Below, piece after piece: positions 53,222 through 64,000 of a DNA stretch of 64,000 nucleotides (position 1 is its first letter; the number at the start of each line of letters is the position of its first letter). The stretch spans positions 20,244,966-20,308,965 of the forward strand of contig CM119265.1 of the NCBI GenBank assembly GCA_051294375.1, given 5' to 3'. Source of the DNA: Paraspadella gotoi (lineage: Eukaryota; Animalia; Chaetognatha). Under the pieces are notes generated by a model. That model made no database searches, was not told the origin of the DNA, and saw only the letters and a program-made list of their open reading frames with translations. The translations under genes were made by a program, and so were the position numbers.

Positions 53222-54206
53222 TAAACAAGTTTGAGCAAACAATGTTGGATCTGCCCACGATCATTATCGGTAATTAATTAATTAATTAATTTATTCAAGT
53301 TAATTATTTAATTAATTATGCAATAATGCAATTAATTTGATCCAAAATGTTTGTTTTGATTGATTATTTAACTGATTAATTAATTATTGATTAATTAATT
53401 GTCTAATTAACTAATTAATTATTTGATTAATTAATACATCTTGCATTTACATTTAAAATAAAAAGAAAAAGAAGCAAAATCAATTAGTGAAACAGGTTCT
53501 TTTTTTTTCCATTTAAACTCATTTCCACTCAAACGATTCTATCGAAACTTGATTTCCAGTTTAATCACACACTTTTCCACCCAAATACAAAATTTCAAGT
53601 CAATCGCCCCATCCACTCATGAGTAATTGGTGTTCAAATAGTGAAATATATTTTTTTGTTTTTTCCATTTAAACTAATTTCCACTTGGACGATTCCATTG
53701 AAACTTCATATCCAGCTCAATCACACACTTCCCTACCCACACACAAAATTTCATTCCAATCTATCCATCCAATCACGAGTAATTAGTGTTTTTTGCTAAG
53801 GTGGGACGGACGGATGGACGGACGGACAGACGGACGGACATCTTTTTTTGCATAATTTATCATAATTCGATGTTGTGACATGATATAAGTGAATGCCCGA
53901 CAAGATTGAGGGGGCGGACCGACGGACCGACAAAGTGAATTATAGAGTCGGGATCTGCTGATAATAATTAATTAATAAATAATTAATAAATCAGTCAATA
54001 AATCAAGTCAATCATTATCGGCATTATTCTCATCGTTGTCATTGCTTTTGTCGTGGTTAGTGACGAAAAGACCTAAAAACCAACATTTGGGATCAAATTA
54101 ATTAATTAATTGCCTATTTAATTAATTAACTTGAATAATTTAATTATCAATTAATTAATTACCGATCGTGGGCAGATCCGACATTGTTTGCTCAAACTTG
54201 TTTTTT
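53222..54206 (-). mobile_element. Helentron/DINE-1-like element (minus strand) with an extra inverted 3' end
   Basis: Reverse complement of the 21553/39350/55775 family with two core repeats; AAACAAGTTTGAGCAAACAATGTTGGATCTGCCCACGATC at 53223 is mirrored at 54165-54204. Confidence 0.65.
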
Positions 54207-54383
54207 ACACTGCGAGCTGCTTTAAAGTAGCGACGGCTTAATTGGTTGTAAATTCCCTGGACATCATCGAAAAAAAAATTGAATAGGTTTCTCAGGTACC
54301 ACCTAAAAAGATTTTACTTTTTTTATGTTTTAATTTTTTTTAGTATATATTTTTACCTAGGCGGACGGCATAGATAATGAAAA

Positions 54384-55175
54384 ATGCCGCCGCGCAAAAC
54401 CCTGCGGGTACGAAAATCTTTCTGTAACTATAAAATTTTAAAAAATGCGTCTTTTTTATGTTTAATTGTAAGGAATCACCAGGACAAACAATAAGTGGAA
54501 TATTGTTTACTTTAAGTCGAGAACGCCAGGCGGACGAAAAGCGCGGTGTAGCCAAAGATCCTGTTCAGGATGCATGGATAAGGGTCGGAAAACCTCGCCG
54601 TCTCATCGACGGAAAACTTGTTCTCGCTCTCGAAAGAACTCGAGATCACCGTGTCGTCAATCGTCGCGTTGTCAGAAGTCGACCTCTATTCGAAAAAGGC
54701 GCTCTAGCGCCTGCCAAAAATCTGTTTCGAGTCGAAAAAGATCATCATCCCTCTGTCGGCGACAATCATCGGCCCGTTCCCGCAAAAGATCTCCGGCTTC
54801 CTGTCGGAAAAAGTCATCTTCGCAAAGAAACCGTTCAAGATCCGGATGCCGTGTTGGGGCTAAAAGCGCGAGCCGTAGTTGTTCGTCACAGAAAAGAAGA
54901 AAAAAAGGATGTAAAAGTACACTTAAGGCGGGACCTTAATAACAGGGAGAATTTATAATTTTTGTCTCCTTATATTAATTTATGTCTTCCTGAATCCTGA
55001 TTGTTCTGTGTCTTCTTGTATTCAGCCAAAACTAAAACACGAAGTCGGTCGCGACGAAAAAACTCCCGATGTAAAAACACGGGTAAAAATTTCAGATTTT
55101 TATATACAGCATGTTTTTATTCGTTTGTTACATTTGGTGACAGCATACCCCGTGAGCCAGAACGGATGGCTCTAA
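54384..55175 (+). CDS. Arg/Ser/Lys/Cys-rich small basic protein (~168 aa); protamine-like sperm nuclear basic protein candidate, nested antisense in a dynein intron
   Basis: Exons 54384-54407 (MPPRKTLR), 54517-54910, 55026-55082 and 55144-55175 join in frame with GT-AG sites; putative 5'UTR intron 54296-54360; AATAAA at 55174. Almost no acidic residues; 12 Cys. Exon 2 could alternatively read through to a stop at 54939. Confidence 0.7.
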
Positions 55176-55774
55176 TAAAATCGCTCCATTCCTATATGTA
55201 TTTAGATACATTCAATCTGATTATTTTATTAGTTAGAAAAGTCATTGACCTTTTATGTGTATCTTTTTCAATTAATAACCGACTGTTTACTATGTAAAAT
55301 TTAATTTTTATGAAGCACATTGAAATCTCAAAATCGTCGGTTTGAAGCTTTCACCTAAAATTTAGCTTGGTGAATGTATGCAATTTAGCATCAAAGATGG
55401 GAGGAAATTTGAATCAGAAGTTGCAGGTAAACTTTAATGTTAACTAGAAGCACTAAGTTATTGGGATATAAGTTTTACCGCCTTTGATCAAGGGATTTAT
55501 GAACACAGTTTCAACAAATCCAAGAAATCTGGTTGCTGAAAAAATCTCAGATTTTGAAAATCCACCAGCTTGTGAAAAGGTTCACCCAAGATCCCCAGAG
55601 ACTCCCAACTGCAACTGTTAAAGGAGCTTGGCTGACGCGTGGCTGCAAGATGCACCTTTTTAACAAAAAGGTTGTTGTAGCAGGATAGCACTTCCAGATG
55701 ATGAACAACAAATGGAATCGAATTTCTCATCAAAAACAAGTGCTGTGTAACTTAACTTTTTCCTTATCACATTT

Positions 55775-57586
55775 TTAGTCGGATCTGCTTATCAGCAGAT
55801 CCCGACAATTTTAAGGACATCAATGATGACAAGCTGAATATAAATNNNNNNNNNNNNNNNNNNNNNNNNNTCTATAATTCACTTTGTCGGTCCGTCGGTC
55901 CGCCCCTCAATATTGTCGGGCACTAACTTATATCATGTTAGAACATCGAATTATGATAAATTATGTAAAAAAAAAATGTGTATTACCGTCCGTCTGTCCG
56001 GCCGTCCCACCTTAGCAAAAAACACCAATTACTCGTGATTGGATGGATGGATTTGAATGAAATTTGTGTGTGGATAGGTAAGTGTGTGATTGAGCTGGAT
56101 ATGAAGTTTCGATGGAATCGTCCGAGTGGAAATGAGTTTAAATGGAAAAAACAAAAAAATATATTCACTATTTGAACACCAATTGCTCATGAGTGGATGG
56201 GCTGATTGACCTGGAATTTAGTATGTGGGTAGGAAAGTGTGATTGAACAGGAAATCAAGTTTCGATGGAATAGTTTGAGTGGAAATGAGTTTAAATGAAA
56301 AAAACAAAAAACCTGTTTCACTAATTGATTATGCTTCTTTTTCCTTTTATATTAAATGTATATGCAGTAAGGCGTAGTGAAAGTTACATACGAAAATTCT
56401 AAAGTCAATTATGAACAACATACCATCAGTGAACATTAATTTGTAAAAAAAATTAATTTTATGCTTTTTAATTTTCGCAGTAGGCTATATTTATATATAG
56501 TACTATCCTTATAAAATCGAAAAATTTCAAAATAAGCTTATCTTAATTTTGATTCAGATTTGAATTCCTCGTCAAAGTTGATAAAAGAAAATATAAATCA
56601 TTTTAAAATTCTTTCATTAAGTGGTTAAAAATTAAAAAAAACTAATTTAATATATAAAAAGTTAATTTCAGCTTAAAATATAGCTTTTTCTAATTTTTGA
56701 CCCACTTAATGAAGAAAATTTTTTAAAAAGAGTTATATTTCTTTTTATCAACTTTATGACGAATCCAAATCTGCAAAGAAATCTTAGAAAAAACTGTTTT
56801 GAAATTTTAACATTTATTGATTATACTAGTATAAATATGGCCTACTGCGTAAATTGTAAAATTTATTATAAATTTTTTTATTACATAAATGTTCATTAAT
56901 ATAATGTTGTTCGTTCCTCACTTTAGAATTTTAATTAAAGTTAAATTAGAAATTTTACTACGCCTTAATATGCAGGATGTATTAATAAATCAAATAATTA
57001 ATCAGTTAATTAATCGATTAGTAAATAAATTAATCAATAATTAATTAGTCAATCAATCCGTCCATCCGTCCCACCTTAGCAAAAAGCTCCAATAACTCGT
57101 GATTGGCTGGTTGGATTGGAATTAAATTTTGTGTGTGGGTAGGAAAGTGTGTGATAAAGCTGGATATAAAGTTTCGATGAATCGTGTGAGTGGAAATTAG
57201 TTTAAATGGAAAAAATATAATTCGCATTTACTTAAAATCTTTTTACTTATTTTAACCAATAAATACTCTAATTAATCATAATTGGATGGATAGATTGAGT
57301 TTAAATTTTGTGTGTGGTAGGAAAATGTGTGACGAAGCTTGATATAAAGTTTTGGTGGAAACATACCAGTGGAAATGAGTTTAAATGAAAAAAATATGAG
57401 TCACTTTTTCTTTTATTTATTTTAACTCATGATAGATTGAGATGAAATTTTGTGACCCGGTAGGAAAGTGAGTGAAGAAGCTAGATATAAAGTTTTGACG
57501 GAATGCAAGTTGAAAAAATGATGCAAGTTGAAAAAATGATGCAAGTTAAAAAAATCTTAAAAGCATAAGGATCGTCGCAATTGCAT

Positions 57587-57632
<46 letters not shown>

Positions 57633-57850
57633 TGAGAGAGAAAGAGTGAGAGAGAGAGAAGGAGACATAAAATAAAATAGAGGATATTTGTTTGTTTTGA
57701 TAAAATGTAAACAAAACATTTAATAACTGTCCTGACTCAATTTTAAGGACATCAATGATGACAAGCTGAATATAAATTATAATTAATTATTAAAATTAAT
57801 TAATTAATTAATTATCGGAAGATACGACATTGTTTGCTCAAACTTGTTTT
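55775..57850 (+). mobile_element. Helentron/DINE-1-like element with tandem ~135-bp core repeats and a nested MITE
   Basis: 5' TTAGTCGGATCTGC; core units at ~56025, 56180, 57090, 57270 and 57425; 3' GACATTGTTTGCTCAAACTTGTTTT at 57826-57850. Confidence 0.6.
56368..56967. mobile_element. Long-TIR MITE/foldback element nested in the DINE-like repeat
   Basis: TAAGGCGTAGT..ACTACGCCTTA termini; internal inverted pairs (CGCAGTAGGC/GCCTACTGCG, AAAGTTGATAAAAGAAA/TTTCTTTTATCAACTTT). A related palindrome lies at ~61900-62520. Confidence 0.65.
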
Positions 57851-60800
57851 TAATTGAATGTGTTTACAACAACCCACATCGTTAAATGCGCTGATTCAGA
57901 TTGTAGAAGCAAATATGCAGGAGAATACTGGGAAAAAAAATTTTTAAAACCTTGTGAATTTTAGGAATCAAATTTTTACCTCTCTGTTTTGCATAGATCT
58001 GGTACTTTTTAAAACGTCAAGAATTTTCTATCAAATTATATATAATAAGTTGATTAAGTTGACTTATTTAGTAGTTTCTATGTAATAAATTTTCAGTTTG
58101 TGCCACCGTTCTGGCTCATGGGGTATCTATGCAACCGTAAACTCAAAAGAGGTTAATGATAGTCGGTTTTGAAGGTTTTGCATAACCTATAATATATATT
58201 GTATAATACAACATATTAATATTTGTAGAGAGCCTTCTTTATTTAGTGACTGAATATTAAGAGATCAAATTTTAAAATTCATCGATTCGATTTTTCACTT
58301 TCTTTCTGATGATTTAAACGTACTTAAAATTTAAGAAAATATAAATATGATGTAATGAACATATTCGTAAAACATTAAAAGGTAAAGAAATCATGAGTTA
58401 ATTGACAAATTCGAAGACTTCATTGGTGCTAATATAAGGTACACACGACAACCCGCCGCTATAAAAAAATCGGCCTTTGCAAACTTGTGAAGATTTTTTT
58501 AATCTGAAATATATTTTCTGTAGTAAAAACCAAAATCATTTATATATCCAAATTTAATATTGATTGGTTTTGATTTGACTTGGCAATGAGCGGAGAAAAG
58601 TTGCCTTCAAAATTTTTTTTAATTTTAAAACTTTTTTCAATCTGTTTGTTAAACTTTCTAAACATTTTTTTATGAATTTACATAAAAAGTGTCAATATTA
58701 ATATTCATCTTAAAAATATAAAGAGAATGGCATAATGAAAAATACTGTAATAATATAAAAATTAGCCTATCAGCTTTAAATAAAAAAAGTAATCAAAACT
58801 AAGATAATTATTAAATTAAAAATTCCTAAAAAGCAGTTTTATGATACCTATATAAACAATAATTGGTTAGATCATTATAGTAAAAATAGGTCAGAAATTT
58901 AAAAAAAAATTATTTTAGGATTTTATTATTTAAATTTTGATTACCTTGATTAACCTAAAGCTGGTTAGGCTTATTTTCATGTTACAATATCTTAAATATG
59001 TCATTTTCTTCAAATTTTCAAGAGCTTTCAGAAGATATTAATATTTTAGTTTTAAAATGAAAAACGATTTTTCAAGCAACTTTTTCCCGCTCATTGCCAA
59101 GTGAAATCATCACCAATAAATATGAAATTTGGATATATAATTATCATAAATAAGCTTGGTTTTTACTACAAAAAAAATCTTTCAGATTAAAAAAATCTTC
59201 ACAGCTTTGCAAATGAAGATTTTTTTCTAGCGGCGGGTTGTTGTGAGTCACCTTGTAAGTTCATACCAAAGACGTATTACAATAGTAAAAAATTGATATC
59301 GTCAGAAGTGCCAGACGAGCTGGCTACAAAATGAACTACAATTTAAGGTATAGGGATTCTGAGATATCTCTACTGGAAAAGTAACAAACGAGAAAAATAA
59401 GCTGTATAATGAAAAGAAATATTGCGGAGTCTTACGAAATATTAAATATATTCAGCTCTTCGTCGGCCATCGCGAAAACGAAAGTATGTCAAGCGCAAAG
59501 CCCCATGCCAAACTTTAATATTTAAAATAATATAATCTTACAAATTGAAAAGTATTTTAAAATATTTAGAATCTGAAATTGCCTTATATTGGTTGTACCA
59601 ATTTCATAATATATATACATGTGTGGTAGGGCGTTTAAAAATAACAAAATAACAAATCAAATAAGGTACTTAGCTATTTTAGTGTAATCAAGACTGTAAA
59701 ATTCGATGTTGATAATCATTTTTTTTGTAGTTTCATTTTCTTTGTCGAAAATGGGGATTTTTGCAGCACATAAGGTACTATTCAAATGCAACAAACGTTG
59801 TAGAGTATAAGAAACTCAAATTATTAAAATTTTATAAAAGCTCTATTTAGCTTACATAATATTAAAATAAAGACCATTATAATTAATTATTAAAATTAAT
59901 TAATTAATTAATTATCGGAAGATACGACATTGTTTGCTCAAACTTGTTTTTAATTGAATGTGTTTACAACAACCCACATCGTTAAATGCGCTGATTCAGA
60001 TTGTAGAAGCAAATATGCAGGAGAATACTGGGAAAAAAAATTTTTAAAACCTTGTGAATTTTAGGAATCAAATTTTTACCTCTCTGTTTTGCATAGATCT
60101 GGTACTTTTTAAAAACGTCAAGAATTTTCTATCAAATTATATATAATAAGTTGATTAAGTTGACTTATTTAGTAGTTTCTATGTAATAAATTTTCAGTTT
60201 GTGCCACCGTTCTGGCTCATGGGGTATCTATGCAACCGTAAACTCAAAAGAGGTTAATGATAGTCGGTTTTGAAGGTTTTGCATAACCTATAATATATAT
60301 TGTATAATACAACATATTAATATTTGTAGAGAGCCTTCTTTATTTAGTGACTGAATATTAAGAGATCAAATTTTAAAATTCATCGATTCGATTTTTCACT
60401 TTCTTTCTGATGATTTAAACGTACTTAAAATTTAAGAAAATATAAATATGATGTAATGAACATATTCGTAAAACATTAAAAGGTAAAGAAATCATGAGTT
60501 AATTGACAAATTCGAAGACTTCATTGGTGCTAATATAAGGTGACACACGACAACCCGCCGCTATAAAAAAATCGGCCTTTGCAAACTTGTGAAGATTTTT
60601 TTAATCTGAAATATATTTTCTGTAGTAAAAACCAAAATCATTTATATATCCAAATTTAATATTGATTGGTTTTGATTTGACTTGGCAATGAGCGGAGAAA
60701 AGTTGCCTTCAAAATTTTTTTTAATTTTAAAACTTTTTTCAATCTGTTTGTTAAACTTTCTAAACATTTTTTTATGAATTTACATAAAAAGTGTCAATAT

Positions 60801-61977
60801 TAATATTCATCTTAAAAATATAAAGAGAATGGCATAATGAAAAATACTGTAATAATATAAAAATTAGCCTATCAGCTTTAAATAAAAAAAGGTAATCAAA
60901 ACTAAGATAATTATTAAATTAAAAATTCCTAAAAAGCAGTTTTATGATACCTATATAAACAATAATTGGTTAGATCATTATAGTAAAAATAGGTCAGAAA
61001 TTTAAAAAAAAATTATTTTAGGATTTTATTATTTAAATTTTGATTACCTTGATTAACCTAAAGCTGGTTAGGCTTATTTTCATGTTACAATATCTTAAAT
61101 ATGTCATTTTCTTCAAATTTTCAAGAGCTTTCAGAAGATATTAATATTTTAGTTTTAAAATGAAAAACGATTTTTCAAGCAACTTTTTCCCGCTCATTGC
61201 CAAGTGAAATCATCACCAATAAATATGAAATTTGGATATATAATTATCATAAATAAGCTTGGTTTTTACTACAAAAAAAATCTTTCAGATTAAAAAAATC
61301 TTCACAGCTTTGCAAATGAAGATTTTTTTCTAGCGGCGGGTTGTTGTGAGTCACCTTGTAAGTTCATACCAAAGACGTATTACAATAGTAAAAAATTGAT
61401 ATCGTCAGAAGTGCCAGACGAGCTGGCTACAAAATGAACTACAATTTAAGGTATAGGGATTCTGAGATATCTCTACTGGAAAAGTAACAAACGAGAAAAA
61501 TAAGCTGTATAATGAAAAGAAATATTGCGGAGTCTTACGAAATATTAAATATATTCAGCTCTTCGTCGGCCATCGCGAAAACGAAAGTATGTCAAGCGCA
61601 AAGCCCCATGCCAAACTTTAATATTTAAAATAATATAATCTTACAAATTGAAAAGTAGTTTTAAAATATTTAGAATCTGAAATTGCCTTATATTGGTTGT
61701 ACCAATTTCATAATATATTACATGTGTGGTAGGGCGTTTAAAAATAACAAAATAACAAATCAAATAAGGTACTTAGCTATTTTAGTGTAATCAAGACTGT
61801 AAAATTCGATGTTGATAATCATTTTTTTGTAGTTTCATTTTCTTTGTCGAAAATGGGGATTTTTGCAGCACATAAGGTACTATTCAAATGCAACAAACGT
61901 TGTAGAGTATAAGAAACTCAAATTATTAAAATTTTATAAAAGCTCTATTTAGCTTACATAATATTAAAATAAAGACC
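57776..61977. repeat. Near-perfect 2.1-kb tandem duplication (57776-59875 / 59876-61977)
   Basis: Line-by-line identity at offset 2100-2102; the differences I found are single-base indels. Confidence 0.95.
58435..59256. mobile_element. ~820-bp MITE with ~200-bp TIRs (second copy 60536-61359)
   Basis: AAGGT(G)ACACACGACAACCCGCCGCTA..TTGGCAATGAGCGGAGAAAAGTTGC pairs with GCAACTTTTTCCCGCTCATTGCCAA..TAGCGGCGGGTTGTTGTGAGTCACCTT; a related end occurs at 17650-17797. Confidence 0.75.
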
Positions 61978-62770
61978 CATATAAATATTTCAGTAAGTTT
62001 ATTTACAAATGTTATATTTTATTAACTGTTTGTTAGCTATATTTATTAATAAATAATAATAAAAAATAAGCTAAAATGCAAAAAATTAAAATTTCAAAAT
62101 TTTAAAACCAAATTTGAATTCCTTACAAAAAGTTGATATAAGAAAGTATAATCCATTTATCAAATTCTTTCATTAAGTTGGTTAAAAATGTTAAAAACTA
62201 TTTTTTTATATAATTTTTAAATTTTTTGCTTAAAATTATAGTTTTTCAAAATTTTGACCAACTTAATGACATAATTTTGGAATAAAAATTATATTTTCTT
62301 ATATCAACTTTTTGCAAGGAATACAAATAAAAATTTTGAAATGATTACTTTTTAACTTTAACCTAATTTTTACTTATAATTATTAATAAATATAGTTAAC
62401 TAACTTTTTATAAAATATAAAAATAAACTTACCATAATATTTTTATAAGTTTTTATTTTTATATTTAAAAAGCTCATGTAAATTTTGTAAAATTTTAATT
62501 ATTTGATTTATCATAACTTATAATTGTTTTTCTTTTTTATGACAATTTTATATACATTAAAAATCGTCCTTTTCGACAAGAAAGATAAAATAATACAAAA
62601 AAATGGTCATCACCATCAAATTCTACAGACTTGTTTACACTAAAATAGCAATGTACCTTATTCGATTTGTTATATTTTGTTATTTTTAAACGCCCTGTGT
62701 GGGAAAGAAGATAATAACGTAAGTAAAGGGGTCTTGCGTTTGACCTTTTTTTCGGGGAATTCGGAGCCAG

Positions 62771-63007
62771 CAAAAAGCGAAAACTCGAAGAACTGTTACG
62801 AAAGCTAAAAAGATATGTAATACAAAAAGATCAAGTGCATGTCAAAAGGCCGCAATGAGCAAATTTGCCAAATCACGCCAAAGGGACACTTGTGGAAGAT
62901 TTGTTTCGGAACCTTGTCCGACCTATAGAAAAACGAAACTGTGTCCCAGTTTTACGAGATCGCCATCAAGATTATTCGATAATTATAAACAGTCAACAAG
63001 TCAGTGA
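62771..63007 (+). CDS. Terminal exon of a second small basic Cys-containing protein; 5' structure unresolved
   Basis: Open frame QKAKTRRTVTKAKKICNTKRSSACQKAAMSKFAKSRQRDTCGRFVSEPCPTYRKTKLCPSFTRSPSRLFDNYKQSTSQ-stop, preceded by a candidate intron GTAAGT(62719)..CAG(62770); shares RSSACQK with the 54384 protein. Confidence 0.45.
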   Translation, partial: QKAKTRRTVTKAKKICNTKRSSACQKAAMSKFAKSRQRDTCGRFVSEPCPTYRKTKLCPSFTRSPSRLFDNYKQSTSQ

Positions 63008-63523
63008 CCAAAAAGGAATTCATCTAATATTATTTACTTTATTATTTACAGTTTAGCATAGATTTTTATTCACATACATTTGTTAATATGGGTTAAATAA
63101 AAATAAATATCCTTATAAAATTTCGATAGGACATAACTTTCGAAGCACTGGAAATGAAAGATATAAGTTAAACAACATTTTACTGCAAGACGAAAGAATT
63201 GATGTCAACGGCAAAGTTGGGACGAATGCCTGGAAAAATCATGAAACACCAAAAACGACTCGGAAAGTTAAAGGCATTAAAGAAATAAATGAAATCATTT
63301 AATTAACTTTTTAAATCTATTTGAAGTGAATTAAATAAACAAAAATTATACTAAATTAGATAACATTCTACCGCTAGACGAAGCAATGGATGTCGATAAC
63401 AAAGGTGTAACGAATGCTTGGAAAAGTGATGAAAGACAAAAAACGACCCAGAAAAATACAGGCAATATAACATCGAATGAAAAACTGTTTAAAAATATTG
63501 TTGTCATTATTTGTAAGATCTGT

Positions 63524-63850
63524 TCAGATTCTGTAGTTATGTAAAATTTGAGCTTGAAGTGACCGAGAAGAGAGAAGGTCGCCATGACTCTCAGTGAATG
63601 GGGATAAACCCCACACTTGGTGTGCCCAGTGGGTCAGTTGCCTTGCTTTCCGGAACTTAGGATCCGGCGTTAAGTTTACTACCGGTGGTTTAACCGGCCC
63701 AACACTCTTTTTGCAATGACTATTCCGCACAGGGCTAGAACCAGTGACCATTAAGTTTGGAGATGAAGCGTTAACCCAGTGCGATTTTACGGCGATGATG
63801 GAAGGAACAGTCGTATCCAATGGGTAGTAAAGCGGGCCAAAATTTATCAT
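63524..63850 (-). CDS. Orphan single-exon ORF, 108 aa, unknown function
   Basis: ATG in AAAAAATG context; ORF coincides with a GC-richer island in very AT-rich flanks; not low complexity; no family recognised and no dynein motif. Confidence 0.35.
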   Translation of the reverse strand: MINFGPLYYPLDTTVPSIIAVKSHWVNASSPNLMVTGSSPVRNSHCKKSVGPVKPPVVNLTPDPKFRKARQLTHWAHQVWGLSPFTESHGDLLSSRSLQAQILHNYRI

Positions 63851-64000
63851 TTTTTACAATATGAAAAGTCTGCAATAAAAGTTTTTTGTCCTTTTCAAGC
63901 CAAATTGACTTATGATGTTAAATTTTGATTAAATTAATTTTCCTCACACATGGAAGCATTTTAATATTTAACAATATATAAGAAATTCAAAAAAATTTTT

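Noticed and set aside
54458-54958. 166-aa alternative-frame ORF over the basic protein
   Set aside because: Starts inside the predicted intron; the R/S/C frame links in phase to flanking exons of the same composition.

Overview
AT-rich, intron-dense animal (invertebrate-type) genomic DNA with many ~55-70 bp introns, microsatellites and N gaps; the species cannot be named from sequence. Hand-spliced gene models from left to right: (1) a C17orf98/SPMAP1-like sperm/ciliary microtubule protein (-). (2) An 11-exon opsin (-) that keeps the retinal-binding lysine but has HPVTC in place of NPxxY, His at the 113 site, an enlarged third extracellular loop and a C-terminal ETTL. (3) A 29-kb TMEM26 gene (+), head-to-head with the opsin, with large low-complexity expansions. 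Its introns hold a LINE fragment, a full-length Ty3/gypsy LTR element (tRNA-Trp PBS, GTAG TSD) inserted in that LINE, and a 4.2-kb hAT-type element with an 8-bp TSD. (4) The 3' half of an axonemal inner-arm dynein heavy chain, DNAH7-like (-). Its introns host antisense nested genes: an intron-poor arylsulfatase B-like gene, a 4-exon Arg/Ser/Lys/Cys-rich protamine-like gene, and a second basic exon sharing the peptide RSSACQK. MITEs, Helentron/DINE-like repeats and a near-perfect 2.1-kb tandem duplication fill the rest. Region ~11.5-20.6 kb looks like noisy gap-fill sequence. Family assignments are from recalled motifs, not database searches.
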